This document shows positions 51,801-64,000 of a DNA stretch of 64,000 bases, in pieces; positions within the stretch are counted from its first letter, which is position 1, and every line of letters begins with the position of its first letter. The DNA lies in assembly GCF_006345805.1 (NCBI RefSeq), contig NC_043025.1, positions 9,114,001-9,178,000 of the forward strand, written 5' to 3'. The notes beneath the pieces were generated by a model. That model did not search any database. It worked only from the letters and a program-made list of their open reading frames with translations, and was not told the origin of the DNA. The translations under genes were made by a program, and so were the position numbers. This DNA is from Octopus sinensis. Lineage: Eukaryota.

Positions 51801-53760
51801 TCATAGGGAAATGCTTACCAATCAATTGTTCACAATCAATTGCTTACGACTAGACAGTTCTCCATGTAATGGAAATGTGTCAGACCACTTTTAGTCACTT
51901 GGAAGGTTGTCAGAATCTTTCCACAGCATCTCCCCTTTATAGAATTAGTCTCCCCTAAATTCTCCACTTGAGAATTAAAGTCGCTCAGAATTTTAATATC
52001 TTTATGCTTAGGGCTCAATTCTTATGTTACCGTTCGTTTCATTTTCTGGTGCTAGAACGTGTATTTACAAATTTTTTCTGTGTTGGTACCTCAAACGTGT
52101 CGTGCAATACTTTCATGAGAAATTCACTTCTTTTGACTGATTTTTCCTTGAATCAGGTTTTAAGTTGGTTAATAAGTCTTTTATGTTCGATATTTATTTT
52201 ACCTTTTACCAGGAATATCATTCTTGCAATTTATTTAACAATTGTACCATCCTCCCAGCCTTGTTTACTATATCTATAGTTCTTTAAAAACTTTGTCACC
52301 TAGCTTGAATAATTTTGAAATATTGTTCCCATTCTTTATATTTTCACTCGTTATCGGCTGATCAAAGATGGATCTGATCTTTCTAACAAACATCAAATAT
52401 CTCTGTAACCAGAGATGTCGGCTTTCTACATTTATGCACCTCAGACCACGTTGAAAAACTGTCCCCCACAACGAAGTGATATGAAACCTTAAGTGATTTT
52501 GGCCACGGGTGCCATTTTGTGACGGGTGTATTTGGAGCTAGAGAATAGCGTATTGCATACTATCACTATATCTTCAATGTTACAATCCGGTGTTTGGCCA
52601 GTACACCTAACTTCTCATTAACGATTTCATTATCGAAATCCCTTTGACTCAATATGAAATTCCTTTAGTAATTGCTTTTGTATTGTGGCTGGCACTACGA
52701 CTCTTTGTGCATACATCAGCACATTGTCACACCTTGTGATAGGCTCGAATATTTTTTATCTCTTTTACCCTTCTGCATTTCTTTCATTTTTTAATGAATA
52801 CATCGTTTCCCAATTGTAATTTTATGTCGTGCATCGTAAATAGCAGTTCACGCATGGAGTTATAGAGTTTGCTTTTAATTTCATTTTCCGCTCGCTAAGT
52901 AGCAATCACGGTATCTTCAAATGCTTCAGCATTTTCTGAAATCTGTCTTGATAAACAATTAGAGTGTCCTAATTATTTAGATAGTATATACTCTATCTTA
53001 AATTCATAGTTTAATAATACAGTACCCCAGCGCTGCAGCCTATTAGCAGTACGGCTAGATATTTATTTCTTTTACTCATATACTGATAATACAAACGATG
53101 ATCTGTCTGTATTCAAAAACTTCTGCCGTATAAAATCTATGCAATTTTTTACGGCAAAAATAATTACAAGAGCCTCTTTTGGGATTTGGCTGTAATATTT
53201 TCTGCTGATATCATGAACCACCGCCTTCATGCTACCATCTTTTTATTTATATAGCATTACTGCGCCGATTCAGTATTCAGAGGCATCTGAAGTTACAACA
53301 TTCTCGGCTACAGAAACGAAGCGTGCTACCAACAAATCAGATGTTAATATTTTAAAATTTCGTCGAATTCCCAATACGATAGGTTCGTTTAGGATTATTG
53401 TGTCTGTTCAGTGGTAGTCCATGTCTTCCTTCACGCTTTCGTTGCAGCTGTTCATCTCGCAAACGTAACGACTGTTCAGCATTCATACTTGCAACTCCAT
53501 CTTGTCCCTTTATCTGATTTCTTACCGCTGTTCTTCTCTTATACGCTGCCTGAAGTGCCTAACCCTCTCGCGAGTAGCTTCTAATCTTCTTTAACTATCC
53601 ATTGTATAGTCAAGTGTTGTAATTTGCTTATCTCATAAGCACAGCATTGGAACAAGGATCAAATAACCGTAAACTGCGAATTTCTATCTCGCCGTAGCAG
53701 AAGCACAACCAACGGCAGAATGTATGAGAAGCAGTAACAACATCAACCGGGATCTTGTAG
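48820..53760 (-). mobile_element. Degraded Helitron RepHel sequences (two N-terminal segments plus Rep region)
   Basis: RQYNAALQMT*FG...FKIQG*MYHRIG (48.85 kb), AFNDDPAVHY (49.1 kb), RPCG...NGSCQTKFPK...NGYPEYRR (51.0 kb), QLRITFAVL (50.2 kb). Confidence 0.75.
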
Positions 53761-53838
53761 AGATGGAATTTACTGTGTCCAACTTTATTTTGATTGAAAT
53801 ATATATGTTTTAATTATGATGTGTATATCTCTTAATTG

Positions 53839-53943
<105 letters not shown>

Positions 53944-54119
53944 TAAGAAATATATATATATATTATTGAAATGGATAAATGAATTATCTTGTTACGGATT
54001 ATTCAAATGATAACCGATACCTGGGTAGCAAAAATCACAACAGAAAAATCACGGTTGAGGTTACGACCATGGGGTCTCAAAACCGTGCCTTAGTGCGGAA
54101 ATTTGAAGTTTTATATATT

Positions 54120-54502
54120 TAGTGAAGGAAGAAATGGAGCTGAACGAAGATTTAACAAAATTCCTTTTTATTATTTTCTACATATGTTTCAAAGGCTGCA
54201 AAGTCCCTAATTCGGATTGAATAAGGAGACCATTTTGCAGCCTTCTCTTCAGGAAAATCCAGGAACTTAATTCTCCAACAAAATGCGCAGCAAGCTTTTC
54301 GACAAACGCTCGCGAGGAGCCCAAGGGATAAATGCGCATTTTGTTGGAGAATTAAGTTCCTGGATTTTCCTGAAGAGAAGGCTGCAAAATGGTCTCCTTA
54401 TTCAATCCGAATTAGGGACTTTGCAGCCTTTGAAACATATGTAGAAAATAATAAAAAGGAATTTTGTTAAATCTTCGTTCAGCTCCATTTCTTCCTTCAC
54501 TA
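54120..54502. repeat. Perfect 170-bp inverted repeat with 43-nt spacer
   Basis: 54120-54289 is the exact reverse complement of 54333-54502. Confidence 0.95.
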
Positions 54503-54514
54503 TATATATGTATA

Positions 54515-54558
<44 letters not shown>

Positions 54559-54622
54559 TCCTTTGCTTTCTTCTTATATATATATATATATATATAGTGG
54601 TCCTTTGCTTTCTTCTTGCAAA

Positions 54623-54668
54623 GGACCACTGATGAGGTCACAGGAGTGTGACGAAAGAACTCTAGCCA
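54623..54668 (+). ncRNA. Hammerhead ribozyme-like motif (paralogue of the 17.83-kb motif)
   Basis: CTGATGA (54629), G-GTCACA-ggag-TGTGAC, GAAA, AGAACT-C; the following ~180 bp are homologous to 17870-18020. Confidence 0.5.
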
Positions 54669-54854
54669 AAATAAGAGTGAGATGAATGTAAAAAATAAAT
54701 AAAGCTGAACCAAAGTAACACCAAATATATAGTGCGTGTGTTTTGTATTGGCTAAACTGACAAAATGACCATTCCTAAATACAACAAATATCTGTTTCAA
54801 CACACGATTTCACATCAAAATTCTTGCAAAACATATAGATAAACGTGTATATCC

Positions 54855-54912
<58 letters not shown>

Positions 54913-55311
54913 TGTGTTTGTTTGATGTGTGACTACAGTATTTGTATTTATTTTCTTTTATTCCCTCTTATTTCCCCATTCTGATATTCCACGTTATTTT
55001 TCTTGTTCTAATATATCTTGTTTTCCTGCATTTATCGTCTTCATCATAAATTTTTCTCTACATTCATCTTGTTCATCATATCCTGGTTCTTCTTTTAATT
55101 TTTTCAACTGCTTTCTCCTCTCTTCATGAATCATTTTCGCTTCTTCTTCTTCTTCTTCACTATATTTATCCGTTCTATGATTTATTTTCCTTCACCTTCT
55201 TCGTTATTCATATCAATTTCTAATTTTTCATCACATCTTTCATCATCATCATGGTCATCATGGTCATCATCATCATCAGCAGCAGCAGCAGCAGCATCAT
55301 CGTCATCATCG

Positions 55312-55343
<32 letters not shown>

Positions 55344-55584
55344 GTCATCGTCGTCGTCGTCGTCGTCGTCATCATCATCATCATCATCAGTATCATCTTC
55401 ATAGTCCTTCTGCTAATCATATTTTCGTATTCACTAATCGTAATAAGTTATTATGTCATCATAACTATTTCCTCCCACCATTTACTCTGCTATTTCTAGC
55501 ATGCAGAATCATCACCTTCGTTATGAACATCATAATAATCAACGTCGTCATCACCAATTAATCAGTAGCGTTTCTCATCGTTTT

Positions 55585-56713
55585 CGATAATAATCATCAT
55601 CAATTTTCCTTCTCACAGTCATTATTACAACATTTACGATCAACATCGCAATACTCCTCATCATCATCAACATCATCGCGGCCATTTTCCTCTACACCGT
55701 CCTCTTTTTATTAATATGATTCGAAACATACAAGATTTAATGTTTTATAAGAAATCTATTTAATACTCTTTAATACTCTTACTTTTGAATTGTGTTTTAT
55801 TTTTCAGATATCTCGGTGGGAATAAGATCACAACGATACCACAAGGATCCTTTCAAAATATTCCAAGTTTACACACATTGTATGTTGGTTAAGTTTTTTG
55901 ATATTATTTTATTTATGAATTTTTTCTAGGAATTTGATGTCTTCTCATCTTCCTTTTTCTCTCTCTATTTCTAACTAATGTTCTGCTACTATTTTCATGT
56001 TAGAGTTTGTATGAAGATGTCAATGAGTGTTTGTGTCTCTATGTGTCTGCATTAATTTCTAACATTTTGTGTATCAGTGTACGATTGCACGTGAATATCT
56101 ATGTTTGTATTTGTGTCTATAGGTGGGTATATTATGAAATATATATTTATGCAGAGTTATACTCATTTAAAGAAAAGAACGTATAGAAATATATTCATCC
56201 TCACTCTTTTGAGATATTGGTTCAATAATATGAGTTATTTTAAACTCTACAATTACATGACGTGCTGAAGTTGGTAGTTGTCATTTTCTATTTGTACAGT
56301 GAGCTACAGCTGGGGCAATTTGGTCAAACTGTCAAGTGTGAGGGCTGCATATGCCGTTTCAATTTCTTTAGGAAGGATTTTAATGTAGCTAGTCGTTCAC
56401 AACATAAAACAACGTTTGGTGTGTCCCTCGTACGTTTGTGTCTGTGTGTATGCCTGATAATTTTACTTATGTTGATGTATTTTTATTATCATTTCTATCC
56501 TCATTCCCAATTTTCTTGTTATTGTTTTGCTTGTCCATCTTTTCTGTTTTTTTGCTACTTATATTACTTTTTATTCATCACCGACTTCTTCGTTGTTATT
56601 ATTATTGTTGTTGTTGTGTTTGTTCTTCTTTCTCTTCTTCTTCTTCTTCTCCTTTTTCTTCTTTTTTTCTTCTTCTTCTTCTTCTTCTTCTTCTTCACCT
56701 TCTTCGTACTAAA

Positions 56714-56759
<46 letters not shown>

Positions 56760-56981
56760 AACGAAATACATTATAATCGAACCAAGTGAAACCGAGTTTA
56801 GTGAGCAGGGAACTTTTTGAAATGTCAACTTATGAGAAACATCTGCAAAGAAAGATGCACTTCGGCCAATCGACCATTATCTCATCCGTGAGGGGCCGAT
56901 TGAAGACGGGTTGAAACGGCAGTAATGATTAACGAATCTCGTAAAATCCATTTTCCATTTCTGTCATATGTGTGTGTGTAT

Positions 56982-57064
<83 letters not shown>

Positions 57065-57145
57065 ATACGCTTAGGCGTCGGTATGACTGTCTGATAAGAA
57101 TTTTGCTTCTGTAATCAGTCCTTCTGCGTGTACTCTGGTCTCCAA
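55585..57145 (+). repeat. Duplicated LRR exon cassette, copy B
   Basis: Colinear with 33410-34835; 56059-56158 versus 33900-33999 differ at 3/100 nt. Confidence 0.92.
55808..55879 (+). CDS. Single leucine-rich-repeat exon (24 aa)
   Basis: tttatttttcag acceptor, GTATGT donor at 55880; 72 nt, phase 2/2; (x)YLGGNKITTIPQGSFQNIPSLHT(L); joining to exon A gives LEEIYLGGN, fitting LxxLxLxxN. Confidence 0.9.
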
Positions 57146-57760
57146 CCGAACAAACCCGTTTATGTTGCTTAATTGGGTACACGATAACTGAAAGAAACCT
57201 ATCGTATATATAAATTTCCTGAACGAGTGATGTTTAATAAAAGTAACTCGTGTTACCTGAGCAATAATACAGCGGCCCCAGCTTTTCTGACACTTTTGGA
57301 ATCCAGCCTGGACGTAGTTTTCCATAGGTGAGTCGAGGACCTCTTGATCGTGTTAAATTCACACTTGATCTCGACCTCTGAGCTGATTTTTCATCTTGAG
57401 GAACAGATGCAAGTCAGCAGGTGGTAAGTCTGGCCCGTGCACTCGAAACATTAAGTACAACCCACTATCTTGCCGCCATAAGTTTGCCAAAGCATGCTCA
57501 ATCTCTCTGTAGCAGACTTCCCAATTTTAACGCAAAATTACACTTTCTTCATTTCTTCCAATTTCCTTTTCATGAAAAAATTGCAAATTACAGTATCACT
57601 AAATTGCAAATTCCACATCTTGCGAAGTATATAGAGCGATGTCACTCAACATGCTGCCTCATGAAGGTCACCGCTAGCTACCACCACGCATACAATCGTA
57701 TGCAGCCATCTCTTGGCGCGCTATAGAACTCGTTCTTGAAATTTGAAATGACCTCGTACA
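57064..57760. mobile_element. SINE-head plus mariner-remnant composite (copy 4 of 4), internally deleted
   Basis: 57064-57430 closely matches 24445-24830. Confidence 0.85.
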
Positions 57761-57862
<102 letters not shown>

Positions 57863-58367
57863 TATACTAAATAAATATTCATACATGCATACATCTATCT
57901 CATATACATATATCTGCTTGTATTTGTGTATTTATATATATATATATATGTAAATATATATCTATATCTATATTATCTCTCTCTCTCTCTCGCGTTCTCT
58001 CTCTCTCTCTTTCTATTTATCTATCTATCCGTAGTCTACGAGACGGCGATACTGCCATTTAACCACAGGAACACATCAGTTGATTTATTCAGTTTGCTTC
58101 TCACACTCGATATTTAGTGCAATCGAGAGATAACACCTGCTTCCCTAGCTTCAAGCCTCTACCCAACAGGTCTCGATCTGTATTTGATATCCTTGGTGGT
58201 GGGTAGTCGTGGCCAGGCATGTCAAGAGTTTGCTTCGATTGCAATATATAGAAAATAATGTCCTTGATTGTGTGACTAGGACACTAAAATGTTAGAAAAT
58301 CTCTCTTCATGAAAGAAGCTGTAGAAGAAGCAAAAAATATTGCCCATAATCACTTTACAGTGGCTAT

Positions 58368-58441
<74 letters not shown>

Positions 58442-58776
58442 TGTATGTATTAAGACATTATACATATCAAATTACACATAAACACATACCTATAGTTATG
58501 TACATATATGTGTGTGTGCATGTGCGTGCGTTCGTTCGTAGTGCTTTCTTCTGTGCGTATGAGAGTGTGTGTGTAAGAAACATGATATTTAGTGACGGAA
58601 ATGTATGCTATTAACATCTATTATATTGCATACAGTTTTTACATTACCGTGTCGCCTTAATGAAATTCCTTATACACAAGCATACACACACACTGACAAA
58701 CACAAACACTCACACTCAAACTAAGCGATTAATTCATAGAGTGGGGAATTTTGCGTTGAGAAAATGAAAGACATAG

Positions 58777-58813
<37 letters not shown>

Positions 58814-58900
58814 TACTTTGTTTCTCTCACAGATTTTGAAATTTGGTATATTGATGAATTCTTTCATAATGAATCCGATTTTTTTACCCATGTATCTACC

Positions 58901-59026
<126 letters not shown>

Positions 59027-59598
59027 TGTATATGTGTATGTATATAGTTAATAAAAGGAAATAGAGAAGAAATATAGAGGATACCTGGCTATTATTTTTA
59101 TCTCGATAAAAAAAGTCATATGTACAATATTTAAGATGTAAAGAAACCGAATCAACAAATGACATAAACATAAAGCAATCCTACAATTGTTTCAATCGTG
59201 CTGTTAGATTTCGATCATCACCGTTTCAGCGATGATAGATGTAAAATAACCCCGCATTATATGTCCGGATATCATCAGTGACAATGTTTACTTTCTGGTG
59301 GTGAACAGCGAAATAACTAAGATGAAGATTGTATTATATATATATATATACTTATATATATGTGCGTGTGCGCGCGCGCGCGTGTGTGTAGGCGCAGGAG
59401 TAGATGTGCGCTAAGAAGTATGCCACCGAACCACATGGTTCCAGGTTAAGTCCCACTACATGGCACCTTGGGCAAGTTTCTTTTGTATGTTTTGTAGTAT
59501 TTAATACATTTTACATTTATGGAATAACTGAACGTCACGCATCCCGACTTTTGTTAACAGTAAGTTTGCATATACATACATATGTAAACATAGGTATA

Positions 59599-60011
59599 CT
59601 AGCAGTTAAGCCCGATTTCACCCGGTCTGTTTGGATGATGTGGGTGTGGTCGTTTTCGGCTTGGCATAATCTATAACAGCGTTTCTCAACCTTATCATTT
59701 CGGGTACCCCGTTTCGATTGGAGCCTCCAACTATATGAAAATTTCTTTCCATCACCACCCCTCCCGCTGTCAGAAAACAGCTTCAGGAGTTGTGAAGAAA
59801 GAATTTGTACGTAGTCTGTTTCTGAGAGCTATTGTATTGGACCACTGTCTAATCATTAAAACATTTATTTAATTATGAAGATAGAAAGAAATTATACATT
59901 AATCCCTATTTTTGTAAGCAGTTGTATCCATAAAAAGTTTCTTTGCAGAGAGCAGAAACTGAAAGATATGTGAAATGGACATGTGTGCGTGTGTGTGTGT
60001 GTGTGTGTGTG

Positions 60012-60042
<31 letters not shown>

Positions 60043-63000
60043 TGTGTATGTGTGAGAGAGAAAGAGAGATAGGGTGAATGAGTAAAGGTGTGTGTCATTG
60101 AGTTACGTTGGCTGGCACGGTGACTACGAAGCTTTTGAGGCGGCAGATGTCTGGGTTGATTTGAAAGATGTGAAGAAATGCCATCTTTTCGGAGGAGCGC
60201 TTCTTTGTAGGCAACATTTCTCGTTTTCTCTTCTGATGCACAAATGTCTAGACTTTGTTTGCTGCCTACATGGGAGCATCAAACAGAGAGTTCACCGTGC
60301 GAGAATACTTGCTCTGTGAGATTTAAACAAACCATTTGCAATGGTTGACCCTGTGCCTTATATATCGTCATTGCAAAAGAGAGGTTGATAGGAAATTGAA
60401 ACCGCTTAAATTTGTAGATCGTATCGAAGGGAGTGAGGGACATTGGGGTTATAAGAACATCTTGACCAGTGGCTGGTCCATTCAAGATGGTTGCCTGCAG
60501 ACCTCGGGAGTATATATTTTTTATTATCATCCGCGTGCCGTTACACATTATTTGAGCATCCAGATTCCGCAGCAGCATGATGGGGCGCCAACCTTGAGAT
60601 GGAGTTCCTTAGACGGAAATCCTGCGGGCGTTTGGGAATTAAGAAATTCTGTTGTGAAAATGGTCATATCCTCCGGGTTTTCATGCGTGTCAATGGACTT
60701 GAAGGAGAGTTTTTCTCCAGGAAGCAGATCAAAAAGTTTATTATCGATAGCGTCGACGGTTTTATTGTGAGGCGCCAAAATTGCTCTTCTTGTAGGCAAG
60801 TTGTGTGAAGGCTTTGGCTTGCAATGTCAGGAAAAACTGCAGAAATCAAATCATCTTTGGTAGGCACAAGGTTACCAAATGGTAAATGGATGAAACCATC
60901 AGTATCGCCAGCTACAGTTCCATTACTAACATGGAGAAGCTGCGCCGAGAATGTGGCCGCATTTTCGTCGCCAAACACGTGAACTCTCATGTTCGAGTCA
61001 GGTGAAGTTTTTCGCTGTGGTGCCATAAGTAGGATGATTTTATGGAAGCATTTACCTCGTCAGCTCTTGTCCCCCGTGGAATGACAGGTAGAGCTTGTCG
61101 GAAGTTGCCAGCAAGCAGAACAATCACTCCACCCATCACTCTCATATTGCGTCTCAGGTCTTGAAGAAACCGCTCGAGCGCCTCAAATGCTGCCCTATGA
61201 CACATGGCTGCCTCATCCCAGATGATAAGGCTGCACTCAGTGAGAAGATTCCCCATGGCTGAGCCACGACTAACATTGCAAGTGGGATTTCCCTGTTTGG
61301 TCAGGTCTAGTGGTAATTTGAATGCTGAGTGTGCCGTACGACCGCCATGCAGTAGAGTTGCTGCGATGCCGCTGGATGCAACCGCTATGGCAATCCGATT
61401 TTCCTGGAGAATTTTGGCTAGTAGGAGGTTCATGAGAAAAGTTTTTCCGGTTCTGCCGGGAGCATCCAAGAAAAAAGTTGTCCTTCGTTGGAATTACGAC
61501 TGGTGAGGAAACTATTGTATTCAATTCTCTGTACTTCCAAAAGTCTAGGCTCATCCTGAGCAACCTGCACCACCATTCCCTGCGTGTTGTAGCTCAACTC
61601 TCGCATGTACTCAGCAGCTAAAGCATTTGGAATGTCCCGCGGAGACGGCAGACTGAAATCAGAGGACGCCAACTCCTCCCATAGCTTGCAGTCGCGATTG
61701 CAAATCGCGGAGGGCTGTGTTGTAGATGACGTTATTGAGGTCGAATCCAGCCGTTGGATCTTCGGCTTGAAGTCGTCGGAGATAGTCTTCGGAAAAACTA
61801 TCTTTAAATGTGTCCCACAAATGAAGAGGGTTAGACACATTACTGAATAGATGAGACAAAATATTCGGCGCATTGCTTCTGGTGTCCTGCATTCAGAGGC
61901 CTCTTGCAATGCCGTGTTCCAGAGACCCTCATCCTCGAGTAGTCCCCGTCGCAAGCAAGCTTCCCTGTAAGTGCAACACATTTGTCCTTCGAATGATCTG
62001 ACGTGGGAAAATGATGTTGGGCCTTTCATATGAAACAGAATCATCCGCAAAAGAGCACTCCTGATTCTTTGGGTGTACAGTGTGGGCACGACCGATCATG
62101 TTTCCTTTGTAGATTACCTCGCCGATCTCATTGTCGATTCGCACACCTTGCCGCCGCCTTTGCCATTTTTTGCTAGTCCAAGTGAAGTAAACACGTTGCC
62201 TATTTTCTAAGTGTATATCTAGGCCAAAAACAGATGCAGAGGACTGGTGCTTATCAAAACCTAGAATGCGCCATGCCGCCATATTGGACGAAATATTGAA
62301 GGATTTCATCGTTGGCTGTCTCTTCATCCTGCACGCCCAAAGCAGCCATGTCGTTGCCCTTGTTTACATGTTTGTAAGGGAGAAAGGGCTGTAGGGAACA
62401 ACCAAACCGTTGTTGATGGCAATGTCTTTGCTCTTTATCCTTTTTTGCGCCGAAATTCCTCCAAAGTCAGGGGCACATCGTCAGTAAATTGGGTAGCCAT
62501 CAATACCAGTACATGTAACCCAGTTGAAAGCCGTGGGATAGTTCTTTGAACATCTATTTTTTTCCATACATGGAGAATTAGGATTCAAGACACCACAGGG
62601 CCCGTGTATCACATGCGCCGACACTATTTGGAATACCTGCAAGTTGACATTAGGGTCAAGCAGCTCTAATCTTATCTATGTCCGCAGGTCTGATTATTTC
62701 TTGACACCAAATCAGTATATGGGCGTGTGGAAGACCCCGCTTTTGCCATTCTACTGTGTACATCCACGCGTTAAGTTTTCTGTAGACAGCATCATGTTTC
62801 AATAGCCATATTAATTTCTGCAATTTTTCATGGAAAACTCTGGCCACTAAGTCGTGTCTGTCGCATGCAGCCTGGCCCTCGAATAAGTTTTCCTTTATAT
62901 CCCTCCAAGTTGAGTTGCACGTAAAGGTGATGAAGAGGTCAGGTTCGCTAAACTTACGGACATATGCCATGGCATCCTGTGTCCGCTAATGCATATACCG

Positions 63001-64000
63001 TAGAGACCCGGTATGGCTGGAAGGAAGTATCACCGGAAGGCCAATGTTTCTTGCATTACCATACAGCTGGACATGAACGGTAAGATATCGATCTTTTGAT
63101 TTTGACGACTATAAAGAAACCTTTCCCTTTCAACCTTGGCAAACATGTCAACCAAGAATTGATTTGTGACTTCCTTGTACCGTAGTAGTTGGTTGAACTG
63201 ACCTTCTCTGACCATAAGATGGAAGGCATAGAATTACTTGCAGGAAACAGCCTTGGTTAATTCAGCACCCGTGATTGGATCAACATGGCGTTGGTGAAAG
63301 CTGTAGCCATCCTCTCCAAAGGGGAAACAGTAGGGGGTACTGCAGGCAGTCGTATGACCGATGGGTTTCCGAAACAAAGGACAGTCGGCTATAGCAGTTC
63401 TGGAAGACATTATCACGCTTGCCATTTTCTTCGCCGACTATGATTGCTGCAACCTTGTGGGTGGTTGGAGCATTGAAACGTCGCGGGTGCTCACCAGCAG
63501 GTCGCCTGTCAGCTTTAATTATCAATTTTAGCTCAGGTTGGGCTTCCAAAAGCTGCAACGCATCATTCTTCAATTCGTTGACATAAGGGTGTGTTGCATG
63601 AAGCATATGTTGGAGTTCAGCAACAATTGCTGCGTCAACATCTGAATTTCTGTTGCACCGTTGGATACCTTCTGCGTTTGAACAACCCATGAAGAAAATC
63701 TGAAAGAACTTGGGTTCCTTGGTAGGCTGAGGATAAAGACTTCCCATGCGATGATAACATTGACCATGGATCTTGAAGGCGTAATGCAACTCCTTCTTTT
63801 TGTTTGCAGGATTAACCGCCAAATTTCCATCAATATTGACGTTGTTGATGTTATGTTTGTCGTGGATGTTCTTTACGCTAAAAGAGGTCATAGCGAAGCA
63901 GGAGTTATATCTCCAAATGCCTTTTCGGAATTTCTTGGCGTACTCGGAGCTATTGAGGAGGAGATTTTTCAGAACTTCAGGTGGATCTGCGAGCGGCTGA
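59599..64000 (-). mobile_element. Autonomous-type Helitron (RepHel), frameshifted, continues beyond the window
   Basis: Rep motifs FITFTCN, VEWQKRGLPHAH, YKHVNKG; Pif1-like helicase GRTGKT, IIWDEAAM, GNFRQ, FAMTIYKAQG, FSHGEL; 3' CTAG followed by T at 59602-59598. Confidence 0.92.

Noticed and set aside
59599-64000. Active Helitron or a host Pif1 helicase gene
   Set aside because: Many frameshifts and altered motifs (GRTGKT, GNFRQ, YKHVNKG); the Rep domain and CTAG end show it is a decayed transposon.

Overview
Eukaryotic, AT-rich, transposon- and microsatellite-dense DNA; the SINE families and repeat content suggest a cephalopod, probably Octopus (inference). There is a 100-N scaffold gap at 19018-19117. 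Host genes, all on the + strand: (1) the 3' end of an adhesion/secretin-family GPCR (TM3-TM7 and tail; exons 879-1023, 3211-3283, 5281-5667, probably 5907-5959 and 7197-7243), with single-base deletions that look like long-read errors; (2) two 72-nt phase-2/phase-2 leucine-rich-repeat (LRR) exons (33641-33712, 55808-55879), each in a duplicated ~1.4-kb exon+intron cassette. The most striking signal is that the two LRR exons differ at 22/72 nt (12 of 23 codons change amino acid, one purely synonymous change), while neighbouring intron blocks differ at only 6/65 and 3/100 nt. This suggests diversifying selection on a modular LRR receptor. The rest is tRNA-derived SINEs (including a 12-unit tandem array), Penelope-like elements with minimal hammerhead-ribozyme motifs, Tx1, RTE, CR1-like and REL-type LINE fragments, mariner/Tc1 remnants, Helitrons and several long inverted repeats. 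Most ORFs in the supplied track are microsatellite or transposon artefacts. All family assignments come from motif recognition by eye; no searches were run.
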